Below, one piece after another: positions 1 to 11,827 of a DNA stretch of 64,000 nt. The translations under genes and the position numbers were made by a program. This DNA comes from Hydrurus foetidus. Taxonomy: Eukaryota. Position 1 is the first letter of the stretch. The number at the start of each line of letters is the position of its first letter. The notes under the pieces were generated by a model. That model searched no databases and was not told where the DNA came from. It saw only the letters and a program-made list of their open reading frames with translations. The stretch spans positions 248,001-312,000 of the forward strand of contig UYFQ01000506.1 in the NCBI GenBank assembly GCA_900617105.1. The letters run 5' to 3'.

Positions 1-4
1 ACCA

Positions 5-39
5 AGGAGGCTGTTGCTGCGAGGCGGCAGCCTCCTGTT
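5..39 (+). terminator. Hairpin, probable intrinsic terminator
   Basis: AGGAGGCTGTTGCT-GCGA-GGCGGCAGCCTCCT: 14-bp stem with G:U pairs, GNRA loop, weak T-rich tail. Confidence 0.5.
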
Positions 40-106
40 GGTGTCTGTTTCCACAGGTTCAGTGATCCGGAAGGTGCACGTGATCACATACCCAGTGTTA
101 CGCAGG

Positions 107-1536
107 CTAGATGGAATAGCGGACACTGTTTCGCCACGCTGTTCTTCGAGAAGCCAGAACAGCAGGTTGTCCAAAAACAGATCGGTTCGGGTCAGTCCCA
201 GATGGTCCTGCTCGGTGAACAACGACGCTGCGAAAGCGTAGCGGAGACTGGATCCGCGGTGTCCAGGTGGAGGGCGTTCGGTGGTCGAGCAGGGCGCTGG
301 ACCGGGTGACCGCGCCATCGCCGGGCGCAGAGCTGACCACGGTTAGGCGCTTGCGTTGTGCATCATATCGATAACGCTCTGGCGTGGGCACGGCATCGCC
401 GGCGACCAGGAAGGGTTCGAAGCCGATCGGTGCTAACTGGGCACTGTCGAGCGCCGTGTGGAACTTCTGGGCCCGTTTAAGACTCACCTCCAGATGGTCA
501 GGGCCAGATGCCGACGACGATCTGGATCTGAAACTTCTGGAAGTAAGCGTTCGAGCACCGGAGTTTGGTCCGGATCTGCGATGCCCCAGCCCCGGTCAAT
601 CCAGTCTTTGCTTCAAAAGACGCTGGCCGTCGACCCCTCAATAGCGGGCGACCAGGGTCGTGGAAGCAACTGGTAGACCGAAGGAATGAACCCAGGACCG
701 AGGGAGGATATCTGGGAGCAACAGGGCGTCCGAAGTCCTGGCCCTCGAGCAGAAGCCGCATCGTTTCGCCGCTGCCTCCATTGGGGGCGCGACCAGAATT
801 GCGCGATCAACGTGAGCCGCGCCGGCCAGTCCGTTGGGCCGGCTCCGAGTGTATCCAGCGGCTGGCCGCCATAGCGCATGAAGTATCGGAACATAACCGC
901 CCCCATCGAGTGGGCGACGACGTCAAAGCGGATTGATTCCGGCGCGACGTCGTAACCGTGATATTCTCGATAGCCGTCCGCGACGACTAGCCGCCTTTCA
1001 TCCATGAATTGCTTTAGGGCCAACGCTGTTTCGGCGTTGTCGCGTCGCCAGTCATAAGGAAACTGGAAGCAGCTGATGTGACCCGGGCCATAGTCGAGGC
1101 CCTTGGGGTGCAGGGTTTCATCGCGGTAGCCAGCCGCGCCGAGTGGACAGTATCTGGGCGTACTGCCGAAGTTGAAATGGCACACCCAAGAGTCTTACGC
1201 GGACGCGATCCAGCACGGCGTCTGGACGCAAGTCGGCCAAGTCGGGCCTAACGATTGACGGTGGAATGGAAAGGCCAACCTGCTGACGTTGGCCTTGTCT
1301 GACGAAGTTGGGAGATGCCATCGAATGCCCCCAGACGGTCTCTCGACGCGCCATCGACCAGGCGTGTGCCGAGAATTCCGGGAATGACGATGACCGGGTT
1401 CTGATCAGGAAAGTGCTCTGAGCGGCTCGGTTGTAGAATTTTCAGACGATCACTGCCGGCGCGCGCCGTCGCAGGCAGGCGGCAAGTCCGGCGATAGCCG
1501 TTGCGGACGCAAAAATTGTCGACGCGAGTGGAGCAT
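107..1536 (-). CDS. Secreted alpha/beta-hydrolase (lipase/acyltransferase-like), probable Tat lipoprotein; frameshifted
   Basis: N-terminus MLHSRRQF..ATAIAGLAAC (RR motif plus lipobox); PVIVIPGILGTRLV; FPYDWR; nucleophile elbow VVAHSMG; PGDGAVTRSS and late DHLGL motifs spread over several frames. Confidence 0.7.
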
Positions 1537-1825
1537 GGGGATTCTTTGTCTCGCGGCTTTGAGGATCCAAGACTGCTTGGACTGCTTGGACTGCTAGGCG
1601 GGTGGGTCGGGCTTCGCTCCAGTCAACCCAGCATTCGGGCGGTGCTGATCGTCGAACTGCACAATCGGCGTCTGAACGCGCCGTCGCAAGCGCGCCTCTG
1701 CGGAAGACTGAATTGCCATGAGTGGTGGTTCTCAAGTCAGGTCTGCTGCGCCCAAATCCAGGCTTAGCCCACGTTCCTATTGGAGCGGTCACGCCCGATC
1801 GCGGGTCAGTAACGGAATAGCTATC

Positions 1826-3075
1826 ATGCGCCGCATTGTTGTCACGGGCCTTGGTTTGGTCACCCTGGGGGTCGGTGTCGAAACGGTCTGGGAGCGCCTG
1901 CTTGCCGGAGAGTCCGGCCTGCGGCGTCTTGCACCTGGTGGCTCCCGACATTGCTGCCCAGGTCGTGGCGCCCGGTACCCGAGGGCAAGGCTTTGGAGAG
2001 TTCAACCTGGAAAAGGTCGTCTCGTCCAAGGACCAGAAGAAGATGGATCGCTTCATCCCGTTCGCGCTTGCGGCGGCGGAGGAGGCCCTCGCTCAGGCAG
2101 GTTGGTCGCCTCAGGACGAGGCGGGCCGTCAGAGTACAGCAACGATTGTGGGATCAGGTATTGGCGGGTTCCCCGCCTGGCCCAGGCGGTGCGGACAACC
2201 GACGCCCGTGGGGCGCGCCGACTTTCACCTTCACGGTACCTTCGTTTCTAGCCAACCTTGCCGCGGGCTGGGTGAGCATCCGCCACGGTTTCACCGGTCC
2301 CATTGGTGCGCCGGTAACCGCCTGCGCGGCAGGCGTGCAGGCGATCGGTGATGCAGCCCGCCATATCCGGAATTTCGAAGCGGACATCGCTGTTTGCGGC
2401 GGGACCGAAGCGGCGATCCATCATGTCAGTCTGGGTGGCTTTGCTGCCTCCCGCGCTCTATCGAGTGCCTATAACGACACGCCTGAACAAGCCTCCCGGC
2501 CCTTCGATGCCGAGCGCGACGGCTTTGTGATGGGCGAGGGCGCAGGTATTCTGGTGATCGAAGCGCTGGACCATGCGCTGGCTCGCGGGGCCCAGCCGCT
2601 CGCAGAGCTTGTCGGTTATGGCACCAGCGCTGACGCCTATCATCTTACCGCAGGGCCTGCTGATGGGGCGGGCTCAACGAGCCATGATGGCCGCCTTGCG
2701 GCAGGCCGGGGTTTCCGCCAGCCAGGTGGGTCATCAATGCTCATGCAACCTCGACGCCGGTCGGCGATGCCGGCGAGTTGGCAGCCATTCGGGCCATCTT
2801 CGGCGTCGAGGGCGGCCCGGCCATCAGCGCAACCAAGGCTTCGACGGGGCACCTGTTGGGCGGCGCCGGGGCATGGAGGCCGCCTTCACTGTCCTTGCCC
2901 TTTCCAGAGGTGTTTTGCCGCCGACCCTGAACCTGAAGTCTCGAGACCCGTTGGCGGAAGGTCTTGATATTGTCACCACGGCTCGCGAGGCGCAGGTTGA
3001 TCTGGCCTTGTCGAACGGGTTTGGCTTTGCGGGGTCAATGCCAGTCTGCTCTTCCGACGCTGGACGGGCGCTTAG
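1826..3075 (+). CDS. fabF: Beta-ketoacyl-ACP synthase II-like, standalone paralogue; frameshifted
   Basis: [18 protein letters not shown] (catalytic Cys), [32 protein letters not shown]. Confidence 0.88.
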
Positions 3076-3212
3076 GCGCAAATCATCCGGTCGAGCGGAT
3101 AGCGCCAAAGAGGCCAGGTCCCACTTCCCCGTCCAGTCCGGTCATAGCGGGGTGACTTCGCCACAGATCTGGCTCGGCACCATGTCGGTGCGGCCGCTGC
3201 CGGCGACCAAGC

Positions 3213-3238
3213 TGCCGCTCCCCTGAAGGGGAGCGGCA
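3213..3238. terminator. Perfect 11-bp stem-loop between convergent fabF and gshA
   Basis: TGCCGCTCCCC-TGAA-GGGGAGCGGCA; no clear U-tract. Confidence 0.5.
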
Positions 3239-3277
3239 ATCTGCCTAGATACGGCTTACGTTGTGGACTGCGCTTCC

Positions 3278-4637
3278 CTAGTAAGCGCAGTCGGTGAACA
3301 CCCGGCTGATGTCGCCCTTCCACTCACCGTGATAGAGCTCCAGCAGCTTGTCGGCCCGCGTGCGGCCGCTGTCGGCGATCTCTTCGAGTTCGCCCATATA
3401 GATCGTCTCGTCCAGGAACCCGCCGTTCATGTGGGCCCGACCCTTCAGGCCAGACTTGGCGATGGCGACGAAGTCCTTGGCCACGTCCTGGGCGGTGCGC
3501 CCGGCGATCGGCGCCTGCAGACCCAGAACCGGCACGTCGCGGCGCAACTGGGCGCGCTCCTCAGCCGTCCAGTCCTTGCAGAGGTCCCAGGCGGCGGCCA
3601 GGGCGGCGTCATCATAGAAGACGCCGGTCCACAGGGCCGGCAGGGCGCACAGGCTGCTCCACGGGCCGGCGTCGGCGCCGCGCATTTCCAGATAGGTCTT
3701 CAGGCGCACTTCCGGGAACAGGGTGGTGGTGTGGTCAGCCCAGTCCTTGATTGAGGCGCGCTCGCCGGGCAGCTCATCGATCTTGCCGTCGATGAAGTCG
3801 CGGAAATTGCGGCCGGCCAGGTCGATATAGCGGTCGCCTCGCTTGGCGAAATACATCGGCACGTCAGGGCGTAGCGGGCATAGCGCTCGAAGTCAAGCCG
3901 TCCTCGAACACGAAATCCAGCAGGCCGGTGCGGTCGGCGTCGGTGTCGGTCCAGACATTGGCCCGGCTCGACAGGAAGCCGTTGGGCTTGCCTTCCGTGA
4001 ACGGAGAATTGGCGAACAGCGCCGTGACGATCGGCTGCAGGGCCAGGCTCATGCGGAACTTGGCGACCATGTCGGCTTCGCTGGAGAAGTCGAGATTGGC
4101 CTGCACCGTGCAGGTGCGCAGCATCATGTCCAGGCCCAGGCCGCCGACCTTGGGCATGTAGTTGCGCATGATGACGTAACGCCCCTTGGGCATCACCGGC
4201 ACCTCTTCGCGCTTCCACACCGGCGAGAAGCCCAGACCCATGAAGCCCAGGCCCAGCTCGTCGGCGACGGTCTTGACCTCGTCCAGGTGCTGGCCGGTCT
4301 CTTCGCAGATGTCGTGCATGGTCAGCAGCGGCGCGCCGCTGAGCTCGAACTGACCGCCGGGCTCCAGGCTGACATTGGCGCCGTTGCGCTCAAGGCCGAT
4401 GATCACTTCGCCTTCCATCACCGGCTTCCAGCCAAAGCGCTGCAGGCCGACCAGAAGGGCGTGGACGCCGGTGTCGCCGTAATAGGGCACGGGCGCGTGC
4501 GAGCCGAGATAGAAGCCGAACTTCTCGTGTTCGGCCCCGACCCGGAAGGCCTCCTTGGGCTTGGAGCCCGAGGCGAAATAGGCGGTCAGGTCGTCGAGCG
4601 TCAGCGGACGCTCCTGCAGGCTAGTGGTGTCGGCCAT
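3278..4637 (-). CDS. gshA: Glutamate--cysteine ligase (alphaproteobacterial/plant type); frameshift near 3870-3900
   Basis: [52 protein letters not shown]. Confidence 0.95.
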
Positions 4638-4700
4638 GAGCCGTCTCTCATAAATCTGTGTGGGTCGGCTGCGTCGAGCAGTCGGCGTGGGCGGCGGCAC

Positions 4701-6127
4701 TTATCCAAAAGGCTTCCAGACCGCGCACCAGCCTGCAGGGTCTGGATCAAGCGTTCCCGTCGGAGGCACGTACTTCTCGCGCATCGTGACCAGTTCCTCG
4801 GCCAGGGTCGGGTGGACCGCGCAGGTGGAGTCCCACTGAGGCTTGGTGACGCCCATCTTCAGCGCGATCGCCGCCATCTGGATGATCTCGGGTCAGGTCC
4901 AACAACGTGGACGCCCACGATCCTCGTCATCCTGCCTGACCACGAGCTTGACGAGGCACCGCTCCTGGCCGCCGTAAAGGTGGCCTTCATCGGCCGGAAG
5001 ACGGAACGATAGATGTCGACCTTGCCAAACGCCTGACGGGCTTGCGGCTTCGCTCATGCCGACCGAGCCGACCGGCGGCTGCGAGAACACGGCCGAGGCC
5101 ACCAGGTCGTGATCGAAGCTGGTCGGATTGTCGTAGAACTCGGTCTGGGCGAAGGCCGCCCCCTCGCGGATCGCCACGGGCGTCAGATTGATCCGGTCGG
5201 TGACGTCGCCGACGGCCCAGATGCCGTCGACACTGGTTTTCGAATGCTTGTCCACGGCGATCGCGCCGCGCTCGTTCAGCTTGACGCCCACCTTGTCCAG
5301 GCCCAGCCCCTCGACATAGGGCTCGCGGCCGGTGGCGAACATCACCGCATCGGTCTCGAAGGTCAGGTCGTTGCTGAGCGTGCTGACCAGGCCGGCCTCT
5401 GTCTGCTCAAGGCTCTTGTGCGAGCAGCCCAGCACCACCTTGATACCGCGCTTTTCCAGCTCGTCGGCCAGGTGCGAACGGACGTCGTCGTCAAAGCCGC
5501 GCAGGATGTTGGCGCCGCGATAGAGAGCGTTGTCTCGACGCCCAGGCCGTTGAAGATTCCGGCAAATTCGACGGCAATGTAGCCGCCGCCCACCACCAGC
5601 ATGCTCTTGGGCAGGCTCGGCAGATGGAAGGCCTCGTCCGACGTGATCCCAAGTTCCGCGCCCGGGAACTCAGGACGCACGGGGCGACCGCCCGTTGCGA
5701 TCAGGATCTTGCGGGCGGTATAGCGACCGGCGTCCTGACTGCCCTCCTTGGGCAGGACCTCGACGGTGTGGGCGTCGATCACCCGGGCCTTGCCGTGCAG
5801 CAGGTGCGCGCCGGCTTTCTGCAGGTTGGTAACATAGATGCCCGACAGGCGGGCGATCTCGACGTCCTTGTCCTGCAGGAACCTTGTCGATTCGAAGCGC
5901 GCATCGCCGATCGTCCAGCCATAGCCGGCCGCAGTCTTCAGCTGGCTAGAGACCTCACTGGCATAGACCATGAACTTTTGGGAATGCATCCGCGCACGAC
6001 GCAGGTTCCACCCACCCGGTACTCCTCGGCCACGGCGACCTTGGCGCCCGACAGCGAAGCCAGACGCGCGGCCCGCACCCCCCCGGAGCCGGCCGATGAC
6101 GAACAGGTCGAAGTCATAGTCAGCCAT
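4701..6127 (-). CDS. gor: Glutathione-disulfide reductase; frameshifted
   Basis: [24 protein letters not shown] redox-active disulfide, [28 protein letters not shown]-terminal [13 protein letters not shown]. Confidence 0.95.
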
Positions 6128-6173
6128 TGAGCACCTGTTCGTCCAGAGTCCGTGTTGAATTCCGCGTCCACCG

Positions 6174-6794
6174 TCAAAACCTGAGGCAGGGCGTGCCACG
6201 CCGCGTGGGACGGGGCATCCGCATGACATGGCGGATATGGTCCGCGTTCGAGTGCGAAGTCAGCATTTCCAGGAGCGCGAAGGCGACCTCGATGGCCGTT
6301 CAGGGCCGGTTGAGGTAATCAGTGCGCCGTCAATGACCAGCGGGCGATCGACGAACGTCGCGCCATAGGATTCAAGCTGAGCTTTTCGCTTTCCGCCAAC
6401 CTGATGATAGGTCGTCGCGCGCCGGCCTTGCAGGATACCCGCCGCGCCGAGCGCGAGTGCCGCCCACAGGCCGAGGCGATCGGCTTGCCCGCCGCTTCGA
6501 AGTTACGGATCACCTCCGAAAAGTCATGCGACAATGCGTCGTCGTAAAAGCCGGCGCCTTCAAAGCCGCCAGGAATGGCCAGGGCGTCAAAGGTGGCAAG
6601 ATCGAGATCTTGGACGTTCTGGTCTGGGACTACCGAAAAGCCGAACGTGGCCCGAAGCATCGGGCGAAGACCAGCCGAAACGAGGTCGATCGGTTCTTCG
6701 CCATCGATGTTGGCCCAGCCAAGTACGTCGGTAAAGCCAGCCGCTTCCAGCGGCTCGAAACCATCTGCCAAAGTAACAAGACCTTCTTGGCCAT
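6174..6794 (-). CDS. DJ-1/PfpI (ThiJ) family protein; frameshifted
   Basis: [46 protein letters not shown]. Confidence 0.85.
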
Positions 6795-6861
6795 GCTCGA
6801 TCCTGACGAAATGTCGCCGGACCCTGGCGAAAATCGCCCGGCCGCTCCGCGAACGTGATGC

Positions 6862-6879
6862 GCTGTCAACCTTGACAGC
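6862..6879. promoter_or_regulatory. Perfect palindromic operator candidate upstream of DJ-1/gor/gshA
   Basis: GCTGTCAA-CC-TTGACAGC, about 70 nt upstream of the DJ-1 start. Confidence 0.5.
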
Positions 6880-7024
6880 TGGACCAGTGTCGGATCGGCG
6901 GCGCTCAGCGCCATCCTGCTTTTGCGCAATAGTGCCTTTCGTCAGGCGGAGTGTAAGCGGCCAAAGGCGAGCCCCGCGCAAACGCCGACCTTGTGGGCGG
7001 TAGCGTTACGCAGCACATTCAAGC

Positions 7025-9127
7025 TCAATCCCTTGAGGGCCGGCTAAACATCCAAGACAAGCGGCCCGGGCACATCACCGCCATCGTGCTAGCCGCACTG
7101 CAGATCAGGGCCTCACCATCTTCATAATGGGCAGTGGGGCTGTTCTCGTAGCCGACCGCGCCGCTGAGCAGCAACTGCGCAGACGCCGCACGAACCCGAT
7201 CGGCAACTATGCAAGGGAGAAAGGCCTCGCGCTCGGCAAGCTCAAGAAGCGTTCCATCCCCGGCCGCCAGGTCGCGCGTGCCGCTGGCGCGGAACTCCAC
7301 CTCCACGGCCGGTCCACCGCCTTCAGTGGCCGCGTTTGGTGCTGCTTTCCGGCCTGTTGCGCTCACAGTCGTCTCAGCGGCCTTGGGCTTTATTGCAGCC
7401 GGACCAAAGGTTTCTGAGTGGATGCGCTCGGGACGAACGCCCATCCCCAACAGACCCTGCGACGGGGCGCTCATGAATGGCGGCGGTCCGCAAAGGTAGA
7501 ACTCGTAGTCGTCGAAGGCAGCCTGGCCTTCAGGAGGGCCAGGTCCACCCAACCGGCTACGTCGTGGTCGCGCCCAAGACATCGTTCGGCAAGGGCTCAT
7601 TATAGGCCGTGACCATCGTGAGGTTGCTATGCCTTGCGCATTTGTCGAGCATGTGGTGGCGGAAGGCATGGTCAGGCTGTTGCGCGCACCGTGGAAAAAC
7701 CACAGGCGCTGCTGTGAACGGCTGCGGCCGTTATTGACGAGGATCCGATTGATCATCGCGATCATCGGCGTAACCCCGATACCCGCGGAAAGCAGGACCG
7801 CCGGTCGCGGCGCAGCTTCGTCAAAGACAAACTCGCCACGTGGTGGGAGGAGCTCGACGACGTCACCAACGCTCAGCTGATGGACGGCCTCTGAAAAACG
7901 GCCCTGTCGCTTGACGCTTATGCGGTAGCTTGAGCCATTGGCGGCGTCTGAAACTGTATAGGACGCAATTCCAGCGCGCCGTTCACTGTCAAGCGCACAA
8001 AGATGTGCTGCCCAGCCTTGTGGACGGGCACGCTGCCCATCCATCGGCTTCAGAACCAGAGACCGTACCGTCTCGGTTTCGGGCTCGGCCCACGCGACGC
8101 GAAAGCACGAAATTCGCCCTTGCCCCAGGCGCCGGGCTCCGTGGCCTCCCAAGATCCAGTCTTATCCAAATAGGGTGATGCCTCAACGTCGCCGATCGCA
8201 CGGATCGACAGGCTGGCGGCAACCTTCACGGTCTCCAGAATGGTAAACTGCAAGAGCCGCTCGGCCCCGGCGAAGCCCGCCACCTCGGGCCCGTCCCAGA
8301 TGATCTCGGCCTTCGCCGAGATGTGCCAAAGATCACCGGTCGAAAAATCGGGGAAGACAAGTCCGACACGCGGTTCGACGAGGATGTTGCCCAGGGTGTT
8401 GAACAGGAAATTCCCCAGGAAATCCGGGATGGTGAGCACATCACCCTGAACCCTGACAAAGCCAGGTTTGCCGCCCCGATGGGAAACATCGACACCGTTG
8501 ACTGGATCTAGCGCGGCCTTGTCGGTGTGGGTTGAGGCGATGAAGAACGTGTCCGCCTGGGCTACGAGCAACGCGGCCTCTTGGGACAGCCCTGGGGTTC
8601 GCTTGGGGGCGTGCTGGCCCAGCAGCATCTGGTCCACGCGCTCGAAATGACGCCCCTGGATGTACTGAGGGCAGTTACCAAAGCTCTGGTCCACAGCGAC
8701 CGAAAAGCCCTCGGCCCTCGGGCTGAAACCGCCCGTTCACCCGGTTACGGCGTCGGGTGTGGAGTTCGATGCCTGAAAGCCGACCGGTTGCCCTGCGGTC
8801 ACGCCTTCGGCCGCGGGTCCCCAGAGGAGAATGCCGCAGCCAGGGTAAGCGTTGCGGGGCTCGGAGACTGGACGAAGCCCGGCGCGCCGTCGAGCAGCGT
8901 CGCCCAGGGCTAGCCCGTGGCGTCACGAGATCCCAAGACGATGAACGGCAGCTGTTCGAAAACGTCCGGTGCTGATCGGGCATCTGACCGCGGATGATTT
9001 TCCGGCCGGTCGCTTCAATCTTTGCCCGCACGCCCAGACGTTCCTGGAGCGCCTGCTCGCCCTCGTGGAAGGGGAGCGGTCGTGGCCAACGGGTGGGATC
9101 GCCATGTGTCACTGAAACTTGCTCCAA
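7025..9127 (-). CDS. Pyridoxamine 5'-phosphate oxidase-like / FAD-NAD(P) oxidoreductase / 2Fe-2S fusion; frameshifted
   Basis: PFHEGEQALQERLGV, SFGNCPQYIQ, DVSHRGGKPGFV, LLSAGIGVTPM, FYLCGPPPFM, C-terminal ferredoxin remnant (..ALICS). Confidence 0.85.
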
Positions 9128-9161
9128 TGGCGGCTTTCAACGCGCCGGCCCCATCTGTAGA

Positions 9162-9296
9162 TTAGCAGGGCATGCCGGTCGCCAGACAATCCAGGCGAAG
9201 GGCCTGGAACTCTTGCTGGGATAACGGCGCCAGGGTGTCGCACCGATCAACGCGGCTGAAGAAATTCAGCAGGTGTCGGCGTAGGCGGCTGATCAT
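9162..9296 (-). CDS. 44-aa small ORF of unknown function, coupled to the GST stop
   Basis: ATG overlaps GST TGA (ATGA); [44 protein letters not shown]; fills the GST-PNPOx gap. Confidence 0.5.
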   Translation of the reverse strand: MISRLRRHLLNFFSRVDRCDTLAPLSQQEFQALRLDCLATGMPC

Positions 9297-9893
9297 TTGA
9301 CCAGACCGACCGGCGTGCTTTGCATCGGCACGAAGCCAGGAAGCGCCTCGACGCGGGCCAGCCAGGCCCCAACGTTCTTGTAGCTTTCCAGGGCCACGTT
9401 ACCCTCAGGCGCGTGTGCCACATAGGTGTAGGCCGCCACGTCGGCGATCGTGGGCGGTCACCGGCCAGGAAGTCCGAACCTGCCAGCTCGCTATCCATGA
9501 CCTGCAGAATGGTATGAGCGCGCGCGATGACTTCGGCGGCATTCAGACCCGCACCAAAGACGGTGATCAGTCGTGCAGCGGCCGGACCTGAACGGTGGCC
9601 CGCAGCAATCGACAGCCAACGCTGCACCCTGGCGGCAGTCGCTGCATCTTTCGGGAGCCAGTCGGCACGATCGAACTTCTTGGCCAGATAGACGAGGATC
9701 GCATTGGAATCGGCAACGACGACGTCACCGTCCTTCAGACGGGAACCTGGCCCAGGGAATTGAGGGCGAAGTCGGCCTGCTGTGCGCCCTTGCGCAGGTC
9801 GACCTCGACGAACTCGGCGGTCTCGCCCAGCAGCGACAGAAAGAGTTCGACGCGATGCGAGTGGCCCGAAAGCGGGAAACGATAGAATTGCAT
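9293..9893 (-). CDS. Glutathione S-transferase; frameshifted
   Basis: [64 protein letters not shown]. Confidence 0.92.
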
Positions 9894-9976
9894 GGATGTT
9901 CTCCGGTTTTGAAACTTACCCCTTCAACATGACGGCTGGCTTCCTGGTGCTGAACGGTCGAAATCTGGAAGGACCG

Positions 9977-9993
9977 ATTCCGATATGCGCAAT
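9977..9993. promoter_or_regulatory. LysR-type dyad upstream of the GST operon
   Basis: ATTCC-N7-GCAAT, matching ATTGC-N7-GCAAT at 21427-21443. Confidence 0.55.
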
Positions 9994-10153
9994 AAACGCC
10001 TCGGCTGCCGACGGTTTGTCTGCACTCCCTGAAACGCTGTTTTGCGAAATCTGCGGCTAATCGCTGAGGCGAGATAGCCGCAAGATGAACGCTACGCATT
10101 TCATTCGAGGGGCCAAATGCTTGCAGGCACTGGCCAACTGGGGAGTTATCCCG

Positions 10154-11746
10154 ATGTCCATTGCGACTGCCGTCCAACCTCCGGCCAACAGTACAGGTCT
10201 TTTCGCACGCGCCTGCGACAAGGCCGCGATCGTCGTTCTTACGGATCTGAGCGGCGGGATCATCGACTGCAATGACAAATTCTGTGAAGTGAGTGGCTAC
10301 GCGCGTGGAGAAATCATCGGGGCCAGTCACCCACTTGTCAGCTCGGGACCAACCCACCCGAGTTATTTGCCCAAATGTATGAGGCAGCCTCTTCAGGCAG
10401 CGCTTGGAGTGGTACGATTTGCAACAAGCGCAAATGCGGCGCGCTTTACTGGCTAGACACCACCATTACGCCACAACTCGACGAAATCGGTCGGCCGATT
10501 GCTTATCTCGCCATCCATTTCAACGTAACGGCTCACAAGCAAGCGCTTGCGGATCTTGCCGAAGCGCGTGAGCGAGCTGAGGCTGCGGCACGGGTCAAGG
10601 GCGTTTTCTGGCAACAATATGAGCCACGAGCTGCGGACGCCCCTGACGGGAGTAATCGGACTGACCGAGCTTCTCGCCCAAACCTCATTGGACGCGAGGC
10701 AGCAGGACTATGTGTCGTCCTTGCTTGAAGCCGCTCATGCCCTGCATGCGATCGTCAACGATGTGCTGAACTTGGCCAAAGCGGAAGCGAACATGGCATT
10801 CGGCCGGTCCCGATCAATCCCACCGAGGTGTTGGCCGCAATCGTTGATTGCTTTCGCCAATCGCAGCCAAGAGGGTCTCTGTCTTTCGTTTAAAGTCGCC
10901 CAGCCCTTGCCAGAGTTCGTGACCGCCGATGTTGACCGGCTGCGGCAGGTCGTCGTCAACTTGGTCGGGAATGCTCTGAAGTTTACGGATGCGGGTGTCG
11001 TGGAGGTATCAGCGGCCTGGATAGGGCCGGCGCAGTCGGGGCGTTTTCGAGTCGATGTCGTCGACACTGGACCAGGTTTTCCAGCAGAGGACGCTGAGCG
11101 CATTTTTGAGCCTTCGAACAGGCCGACAACTCTGCTTCTCGTCTTCACGAGGGCGCAGGCCTTGGGCCATCAGTGCTCATCTGGTTCGGGCGATGAATGG
11201 TGAAATCGGGGCCGAGAACCGAAAAGGGGTGGTGCACGATTTTGGTTCGAAATCCCATCAGAGGCCTGTCGAGAGAAGATCCGGCAGCTTGAGAGCCTGG
11301 CAAGAGTTGAGAGCCATTCACTGGATATCTTGATCACTGAGGATAATCCGACTCTCCAACGCCTGGTCCGGACCATCCTGGAGAGCGCCGGCCATGTCTG
11401 TGCGGTCGCTGACAATGGGGCGGTCGCCGCTTGAAATGATGCGCGCGCGACCGTTTGACGTCTGCCTGATGGATCTGCGCATGCCAATCATGGACGGAGT
11501 TACGGCCACTCGGATCATTCGCGACGAGCCTCCGCCCGGTTGGCGTCCCCTCCGATTATCGCCCTTAGCGCGGACGTGCTGGATGGCGATATGGAGCACT
11601 ATTCGGATCTGGGTTTCTATGCGTTCTTGCCAAAGCCGATCAACGCCGCCCTGCTGCTGACAACGATCGCTGAGGCGGCTTCGCTGCGGTGCTTGTTTGA
11701 GCGGGGCAGGGGCAGAGGCAGAAAGTGTCTGGTCGCCGCCGAATAG
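10154..11746 (+). CDS. Cytoplasmic PAS hybrid sensor histidine kinase / receiver; heavily frameshifted
   Basis: PAS NDKFCEVSGY..LYWLDTTITP; H-box MSHELRTPL; N-box NLVGNALKFT; DTGPG; receiver LMDLRMPIMDG and PKP. Confidence 0.85.
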
Positions 11747-11827
11747 GGATATATCACCCAGGTCGCGAGACTTAGGGGCGCGGCCTTCAGAGCTCGGGTG
11801 GTCTGATTATTGGCCAACCCGCGCCCG

